A stretch of 60,974 bases of DNA from Candidatus Geothermarchaeota archaeon (GTDB lineage: Archaea > Thermoproteota > Nitrososphaeria > Geothermarchaeales > JDFR-13), in NCBI GenBank assembly GCA_015523725.1, contig WAJV01000036.1, positions 1 to 60,974 on the forward strand, given 5' to 3'. Both the position numbers and the translations under genes were made by a program. Below are positions 55,155 to 60,974 of this stretch, piece by piece. Under the pieces are notes generated by a model. The model was not told the origin of the DNA. It saw only the letters and a list, made by a program, of their open reading frames with translations, and searched no databases. How positions within the stretch are numbered: position 1 is the stretch's first letter; each line of letters begins with the position of its first letter.

Positions 55155-56861
55155 ATGTCGAAGAAATATTTGTTTATCGTGATTTTTATATATGTCATAT
55201 TAACAATATCGTTATTTAATATTGGTGTTATTAAAGCCTTATGCCCCATTTGTGAAAGAGGGCTTTCTAGTAGATCAATAAAGAAAATTGGTCTAGCTAT
55301 TACTCTCAAAAAAATTAAGTCAAGATTTCTGTTTTTATGGGGGATTTATAAGAGGTTATTGATGTTTGGATATGACCTTCCAAGTAATTTGAGTAATTCT
55401 TTACTATTAAGTAAGGAAATGATTATTGAATTGGAGGATAGTTTGTCTAGTGGGAATCTTGGAGAAATAAATTTAACTATTATGGCGCTTCAGCATATGA
55501 TAAGTATCGCGAATGAAAGTATGTATGGCTATATTAGTAGGGCCTATCCTAATCCTTATTTAGGTAGGTTTTATAGATCTCAATATTTTAGGCTTTTGAA
55601 TAAAATTTCTTTTGTATATTCATTGAGTAGATATATAGGGATGGATGAAGGAATCATTGATGAGATTGAGTCACTGAGTAATTTGGTAAAAAGGAGAATT
55701 AATAATTTATATGGATATTCAGTTCTGGATCATGAGGAAGTTATATTTGCAGCCTCTGAGTATGTGAATAGGGTTTGGCTGCTACTGAATTTAGATAAGA
55801 TTTATGGAGATTATTTTAATGGTATATCCTACTATCGAATATCATCTATTCGTGATAATGATTATTATTTGATAAATGTATTATCAAGAGTTTGGGGTAG
55901 AAATAGTGACCCTGATTTTGTTCATGCTATTCTAAACAATTCCATATATTTATTTAATGCCGGAGATAAACTTTTCTTTGTATATGGGAAAGTTGCTGAA
56001 GCCGGTTATGTGTATAGCTTAGCTGATGGTTACATGCGTTATTATTTAGATGTCAGTAAGGTCTTCAATAAAAATATCGAGTATCTGCATGTTAGCGCGG
56101 ATATGGAGAGGCCTATAATTTATTTAGGTGAAGCAGGTAATGTACCGATACTCTCCATGTTTCCACATGCAGTTATAATATTTGTAGATGTTAATAGTAA
56201 TGGCTATATTGATAATGATGAGATAGTTGGTAAAATAATTCTAGATAATGCTTCATGGGTAGTCTCTAGAGACAATAATAAATTTACCTATAGATTCAAT
56301 AGCTATTTGGTTAATATAACGGTGGAAGTCTCTCGAAAACCGTCGTTTGAGTTGAGGTCTCCTATATTTTTACCGATCGAGACTCCTGTGGTAGGTGATT
56401 TCTCAAGGGTGGTGAGGATTAAATATGTTCTGAATAATAAGGTTTTCAAGGGAGTTGGGTCCGCTTTATCATTATATGTCATATCATATGATTCTGGTAT
56501 GAATTACAGATGGGATCATTTTATGACTATTGATTCGTTTAATATCGACTATTATCCCGGTGAGTCTGCTTTATCATTATACTTTCCGGATTATTTGACT
56601 AAGTTTAGTCGAAGTAATATGTATTTATTCAATAAATCTTGTTGCCCCAGTGTGTATGAGTTAGGTATATCTTCCTATAACCTGTCTACTAGGGGGAATA
56701 TAGTTTTTTGGGTTAGGGCGGGACCAGTTAGAGGATGGTGGGATAGATTTTTACACTCCATTCCAAATTTCTTGTCTTTATATTTGTTATTTACTTTGGT
56801 TGCGATCGCGGTAATTTTATTATATTTGGTTAGGTATGCATATTTGATTGACATATTCTAA
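55155..56861 (+). CDS. Hypothetical surface/membrane protein (N- and C-terminal TM helices)
   Basis: 568 aa with hydrophobic N-terminus and C-terminus, and many N-x-S/T sequons. No recognisable domain. Confidence 0.5.
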   Translation: MSKKYLFIVIFIYVILTISLFNIGVIKALCPICERGLSSRSIKKIGLAITLKKIKSRFLFLWGIYKRLLMFGYDLPSNLSNSLLLSKEMIIELEDSLSSGNLGEINLTIMALQHMISIANESMYGYISRAYPNPYLGRFYRSQYFRLLNKISFVYSLSRYIGMDEGIIDEIESLSNLVKRRINNLYGYSVLDHEEVIFAASEYVNRVWLLLNLDKIYGDYFNGISYYRISSIRDNDYYLINVLSRVWGRNSDPDFVHAILNNSIYLFNAGDKLFFVYGKVAEAGYVYSLADGYMRYYLDVSKVFNKNIEYLHVSADMERPIIYLGEAGNVPILSMFPHAVIIFVDVNSNGYIDNDEIVGKIILDNASWVVSRDNNKFTYRFNSYLVNITVEVSRKPSFELRSPIFLPIETPVVGDFSRVVRIKYVLNNKVFKGVGSALSLYVISYDSGMNYRWDHFMTIDSFNIDYYPGESALSLYFPDYLTKFSRSNMYLFNKSCCPSVYELGISSYNLSTRGNIVFWVRAGPVRGWWDRFLHSIPNFLSLYLLFTLVAIAVILLYLVRYAYLIDIF

Positions 56862-56934
56862 TTTAATCTATTTATTAAGCATGTGAATTATAATCGGTTT
56901 AAGTAAATACTCTGGGGGGAGTATAGTGACGATT

Positions 56935-57684
56935 ATGTATAACCTACTAATCGGTTTAGTGACTTGTTTGGGAGCTCTTATGGGGTCGTTATTGGGTTTG
57001 GGTGGAGGGTTTTTAATAGTTCCCATGTTGACGATTTTCTTGAGTATTCCGATTAAGACAGCTGTTGCACTTAGTCTACTCTCTATTCTAGCTAATTCTA
57101 TATCTGCTTCAGTTGTATATGTGGATAGGAAGGTGGTTAATTATCGTGTAGGTTTGATTCTCGAGTCTACTACTATGTTAGGTGCGATAGCTGGTGCCAA
57201 TGTAAATATTATGGCTAGGGAGTCATATATCTACATTGTATTTGGTCTAGTATTATTGTATGTTTCCTATAGAATGTACAGGGGTAGGAATATAGGTGAG
57301 TCGAAGGGAAAAGAGGGTGGTAATCTGTATTTAGGTGTTTTGGTTAGTTTTATTGCTGGTTTTTTCTCCGGATTATTAGGTATTGGCGGTGGAATATTGA
57401 AGATGCCTATTTTAGTATTACTTCTTTCTCTACCGACGAGGGTGGCTATTGGAACCAGTATGTTCATGATCTCGATTACATCAGCTACAGGTACATTCAT
57501 CTATTTCGTTAATGGGATTATTAATTTTATTTATGCACCCTATGCTGTTCTTGGGGCATCTTTAGGGGCTCAATTGGGTAGTAGATTGGGTTTTAAGATA
57601 GAGGCTAAGAGGCTAAGGCTGTTGTTCAGTTTAGTATTGATTGTTTTTTCATTGATGATGATTGGTAGGGGGGTTGGTGTATGA
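56935..57684 (+). CDS. TauE/SafE-family (DUF81) anion exporter permease
   Basis: Two repeats with LGLGGGFLIVP / LGIGGGILKMP motifs, about 8 TM helices. Confidence 0.75.
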   Translation: MYNLLIGLVTCLGALMGSLLGLGGGFLIVPMLTIFLSIPIKTAVALSLLSILANSISASVVYVDRKVVNYRVGLILESTTMLGAIAGANVNIMARESYIYIVFGLVLLYVSYRMYRGRNIGESKGKEGGNLYLGVLVSFIAGFFSGLLGIGGGILKMPILVLLLSLPTRVAIGTSMFMISITSATGTFIYFVNGIINFIYAPYAVLGASLGAQLGSRLGFKIEAKRLRLLFSLVLIVFSLMMIGRGVGV

Positions 57685-57965
57685 GGATAGAATGGGTCTA
57701 TAGATTTATCGTTAAGGGATTGTTGTTGTTAGCCCTTTCGATGCTGGCTTTAGGTGGATTTACTTTATTTTTAGGTTTATCATTGGCCATAAAATTCATT
57801 TGGATCGGTCTCTGGATCCTCATATTAATACCGTTGGTTCCAATATTGACGTTGTTTATATCCTCCTTAGTAAAGGGTGATATGGCTCTAATTTTGGTAT
57901 CGGTAGTCGTCATGGGTATAATTATAGCTAATTTGTTTTTATATGGTTTTGGAGGCGTCCCCTAA
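57681..57965 (+). CDS. Small membrane protein (DUF1634-like partner of TauE)
   Basis: 94 aa, 3 TM helices, 4-nt overlap with the TauE gene. The family name comes from typical gene-neighbourhood memory only. Confidence 0.45.
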   Translation: MRIEWVYRFIVKGLLLLALSMLALGGFTLFLGLSLAIKFIWIGLWILILIPLVPILTLFISSLVKGDMALILVSVVVMGIIIANLFLYGFGGVP

Positions 57966-57966
57966 C

Positions 57967-58419
57967 CTAATCTTCATTTTCTTTAGTGAATGCAAATACA
58001 AAGGCTTTAACTTTATCTGCTTCTTCTAATGCAATGGATAATATTTCAATGGCTTCGTCTCTGGTGATTTCTTGGCTTGCCACTCCCATTAAGTGTATAT
58101 TCCCATCTTTTCTGAGTGCGAAGAGGAAATAGTGGTCCCCTGGATATTCTGGGAATGAGTCCCCTAAGTCAATCATTAACATGAATAAGGCATATTTGGT
58201 ATAGTCTTCACCCTCTGGGGATAATATACTTGTAATTATGTCACCTGCCATGAAATTATCTTTCTTATTGACGAGTTCTTTTATTAGGTCTATGAAGTCT
58301 CCCTTTAATATCAGATTTTTGTCAAATGTATCATATAGTTTATAATTATATTCGTTTTCTCCTAATTTTATTCTTACGTTCCAGAATCTACTTAGGTCAT
58401 CAACTAGGCTAGCGCTCAT
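57967..58419 (-). CDS. Hypothetical cytoplasmic protein
   Basis: 150-aa acidic ORF, no motif recognised. Confidence 0.45.
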   Translation of the reverse strand: MSASLVDDLSRFWNVRIKLGENEYNYKLYDTFDKNLILKGDFIDLIKELVNKKDNFMAGDIITSILSPEGEDYTKYALFMLMIDLGDSFPEYPGDHYFLFALRKDGNIHLMGVASQEITRDEAIEILSIALEEADKVKAFVFAFTKENED

Positions 58420-58513
58420 ACCTTTATTACCATCCGATGAATCTATCTCGTAGATATTATAAGTATATCAGTGATTATAAATATTTCTTTAGTAGTTATG
58501 GGGTGTTCTAGCC

Positions 58514-60031
58514 TTGTTTAAGACGCCTTTACATACCTATAATTATATTTGGGGATGTGAAAATCCTTATGTATCTGCTAAGGCATTCGGACTAGTTAAT
58601 AAAGATGCTAATGCTATTGATATAGCTATATTCATTAGTTTAGGGTTAGCAGTATCAATTCCTCACTTGGGTGGATTAGGCGGTGATTTTTTCAGTATAG
58701 TTTATGATAGAGATTTTGAGGAAATTAAGGTGGTTATGGCGTCTGGTTATTCTGGTAAATTTTCATCGATTGATCTTTTTAGAAGTTTAGGGTATGAGGA
58801 TATGCCTAGATTTGGCCCCGGCTCAATTACAATCCCGGGTTTAGTTGACGGTTTGAATATTCTTTGGAAGAAGTATGGATCCATGGATTGGGGAGACATA
58901 ATAAATTATTTGATTGAACTAATTGAAGACGGTTTTCCTTTGAGTAGGACGTTAAGAGATAGTGTGGCTAAATTAGTTGAGAATGGTGGCGTAGATGATT
59001 ATTTTATGAAGATCTTTGGTGGTATAAAGGATTTGGATGTAGGTGATAGAGTTCGCTTTCCATCTGTCGTGAAACTTCTCAAGTTGATTGGGGAGGACCC
59101 TAGGAATTTTTATGAGGGTGATCCTGTTCAGAGGTTTTTAGATGTACTTAATAGGGATTATAAATTGTTTGATGAAGGGGATTTTAAGGATTATCATGCC
59201 TATATAACTGATCCTTTAAGAATTAGTTATAAAGGCTGGGAGGTTTTTGAGGCGCCGCTTAATTCATTGGGATTATCTACTCTACAATTATTAATGTTGG
59301 ATCAGGAATCTGGTTTTACCCCACCTCCACTATCTCTTGAGAGGATTGAATATTACTTGAATCTTTTTAAAGTCGTCTATTACATTAGGGAAAAATTCCT
59401 TGGTGATCCTAGGTATTTAAAGGTCTCAATGGAGAAGTTGATGGACCTTGATTATATTAATAGTTTAGCTAAAGATATTGGTGTATCCACGGGTTCCTTC
59501 GATGGTGACACCACATACTTCTGCGTAGCTGATGATAGATATTTAATTGGGTGTATTCAAAGTCTCTTTCATCCATTTGGCAGTAGAGTGGTGGATCCCT
59601 ATTATGGTGTTGTTTTTAATAATAGGGGGTCTTCATTTACGTTTGATGAATCTGTAGTCAATTGTTTGGCGCCTAATAAATATCCTCTCCATACTCTATC
59701 CACGCCTCTTTTAAAGAGAGATGGTAAATCATTTGTATTGGGATTATCCGCTGGAATTTATAGGCCTCAATTACATTTGCAATTAATTACAAACTTAGTT
59801 GATTATGGTTTTTATCCCCAGGATGCTATTGAGTTCCCTAGGTTTATATGGGATCCATCCAATGATTATGTTAAGTATGAAGATAAATATGATGTTAATG
59901 GTTCAAAGTTTAGAGGTTCCTCAGTTCCCTATGGCTCTAGAATTGGTGTTGGCTCCATTCTCATGGTACGTAAGGACTTATTGGGAGTATATCCAGATAT
60001 CAGGGGAGAAGTTTTTCCATGTGGGTGGTGA
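58514..60031 (+). CDS. ggt: Gamma-glutamyltranspeptidase family protein
   Basis: NAIDIAI..GGLGGDFF and autoprocessing/nucleophile context DGDTTYFCVAD. TTG start. Confidence 0.8.
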   Translation: MFKTPLHTYNYIWGCENPYVSAKAFGLVNKDANAIDIAIFISLGLAVSIPHLGGLGGDFFSIVYDRDFEEIKVVMASGYSGKFSSIDLFRSLGYEDMPRFGPGSITIPGLVDGLNILWKKYGSMDWGDIINYLIELIEDGFPLSRTLRDSVAKLVENGGVDDYFMKIFGGIKDLDVGDRVRFPSVVKLLKLIGEDPRNFYEGDPVQRFLDVLNRDYKLFDEGDFKDYHAYITDPLRISYKGWEVFEAPLNSLGLSTLQLLMLDQESGFTPPPLSLERIEYYLNLFKVVYYIREKFLGDPRYLKVSMEKLMDLDYINSLAKDIGVSTGSFDGDTTYFCVADDRYLIGCIQSLFHPFGSRVVDPYYGVVFNNRGSSFTFDESVVNCLAPNKYPLHTLSTPLLKRDGKSFVLGLSAGIYRPQLHLQLITNLVDYGFYPQDAIEFPRFIWDPSNDYVKYEDKYDVNGSKFRGSSVPYGSRIGVGSILMVRKDLLGVYPDIRGEVFPCGW

Positions 60032-60034
60032 GGT

Positions 60035-60778
60035 ATGGAGATTAATGGTAGCGTCGCCTTGATCACCGGTTCTACTAGGGGTATTGGTAGAGGGATAGCT
60101 ATAAAGTTGGCTGAGCATGGGGCTAAGTTAGTGGTAAATTATAGAAGTAATGTGGAGGCGGCTAAAAGATTTGAGAAAGAGTTAATGGACCTAGGGGTCG
60201 ACTTTATTGTTGTTAGGGCCGACGTATCTAACTATAATTCTGCTTCTTATTTAGTAGATAGTGCTTTAGAGACTTATGGAAATATAGACATTCTAGTAAA
60301 TAATGCCGGTGTATTTAAGGCAATCAGTTTCCATGAATTATCTTGGCAGGAATGGGACTATATAATTAAAAATAATCTTTATAGTGTCTTTAACGTGACT
60401 AGACTCGTAGTTCCCCATATGATTAAGAGACGTAGGGGTGTGGTAATCAATATATCTTCGATAACCTCTTCAATTAGGAGTTCTAAGTGTTTGCCATATC
60501 CGGGTAGGGTTGCATATGCAACCTCAAAATCTGGGATCAATGGTTTTACGCTTGCCTTGGCGAGGGAATTGGCTCCGTATGGTATAAGGGTTAATGCAAT
60601 CGCACCGGGTCTAATTGAGACTGAGTTAATTAGGGGTGTGCCAAATTTAGATGATAGGGTTAGGGAGGTTCCATTGGGGAGGATCGGGAAGCCTAGTGAG
60701 ATAGGCGATACCGTTGTTTTTTTAGTTAGGAATGAATATATTAATGGAGAGATAATTGTAGTATCTGGTGGGGAGTAG
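60035..60778 (+). CDS. Short-chain dehydrogenase/reductase (FabG-like)
   Basis: TGSTRGIGRG, NNAG, and catalytic YATSK. Confidence 0.9.
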   Translation: MEINGSVALITGSTRGIGRGIAIKLAEHGAKLVVNYRSNVEAAKRFEKELMDLGVDFIVVRADVSNYNSASYLVDSALETYGNIDILVNNAGVFKAISFHELSWQEWDYIIKNNLYSVFNVTRLVVPHMIKRRRGVVINISSITSSIRSSKCLPYPGRVAYATSKSGINGFTLALARELAPYGIRVNAIAPGLIETELIRGVPNLDDRVREVPLGRIGKPSEIGDTVVFLVRNEYINGEIIVVSGGE

Positions 60779-60801
60779 CGTCTTTTTCTTGGGCGATTGA
60801 T

Positions 60802-60974
60802 TTGGTAAATCATAGAAAGACTTTGAAAAATCTTCTATTTGGGGCAATAGTCATCCAATTTATAATACTTTTATTCGGGGCATATATAGTTTATTTAATC
60901 GTACTTTATCCAAATTATAGTGATGAATTTGGTTTCGGTAGAAGAATAAGTCTAATGGATGGAAGGTATGAATC
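60802..60974 (+). CDS. Possible 5' end of a membrane protein gene (continues beyond the window)
   Basis: My own reading from TTG 60802 gives LVNHRKTLKNLLFGAIVIQFIILLFGAYIVYLIVLYPNYSDEFGFGRRISLMDGRYE, open to the window end. Confidence 0.25.
   Translation, partial: MVNHRKTLKNLLFGAIVIQFIILLFGAYIVYLIVLYPNYSDEFGFGRRISLMDGRYE

Noticed and set aside
1-60974. Search by eye for tRNA, rRNA, C/D-box sRNA, CRISPR repeats, IS elements and integrases.
   Set aside because: All intergenic spacers are short (under ~190 bp) and AT-rich. None has the GC-rich stems expected of hyperthermophile structural RNAs. I saw no regularly spaced direct repeats and no transposase- or integrase-like ORF. A covariance-model scan (tRNAscan/Infernal) would be needed to exclude small RNAs formally.

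Overview
Visibly AT-rich, very gene-dense window with about 60 CDS, almost no intergenic space, and many 1-37 nt gene overlaps. It looks like chromosomal core DNA of a hyperthermophilic archaeon, most likely a crenarchaeote. Support for that: reverse gyrase, crenarchaeal-type bifunctional PGI/PMI, archaeal PGK, family-4 UDG, tungsten-type aldehyde:ferredoxin oxidoreductase, an A24 prepilin/preflagellin-type peptidase, and TATA-like boxes about 20-35 nt upstream of several start codons. Content is mainly central metabolism and housekeeping. This includes an sdhA-C-D-B operon, two-subunit class I fumarase, PGI/PMI, phosphoglycolate phosphatase, PGK, glycerate 2-kinase, a DapA/KD(P)G-aldolase family enzyme, fixC-fixX-etfB-etfA, AOR plus a MoaD-like protein, DNA repair genes (Nth, UDG4), RNA modification genes, an FtsX/ABC transporter, Sir2 and reverse gyrase. 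By eye I found no rRNA, tRNA, CRISPR array, transposase or integrase, and no convincing defence island. The items I consider most unusual are: (1) an orphan membrane-anchored octahaem c-type cytochrome; (2) a 203-aa endonuclease-less mini-intein with Ser at both splice junctions inside a KaiC/RecA-like ATPase; (3) a 441-aa tandem ThyX-fold protein with degenerate signature motifs, abutting sugar-phosphate genes; (4) a truncated citrate-synthase-fold protein lacking the catalytic core, overlapping pgk; (5) an untracked 52-aa ribbon-helix-helix gene upstream of thrC. All functional calls come from motif recognition by eye. No database search was run.
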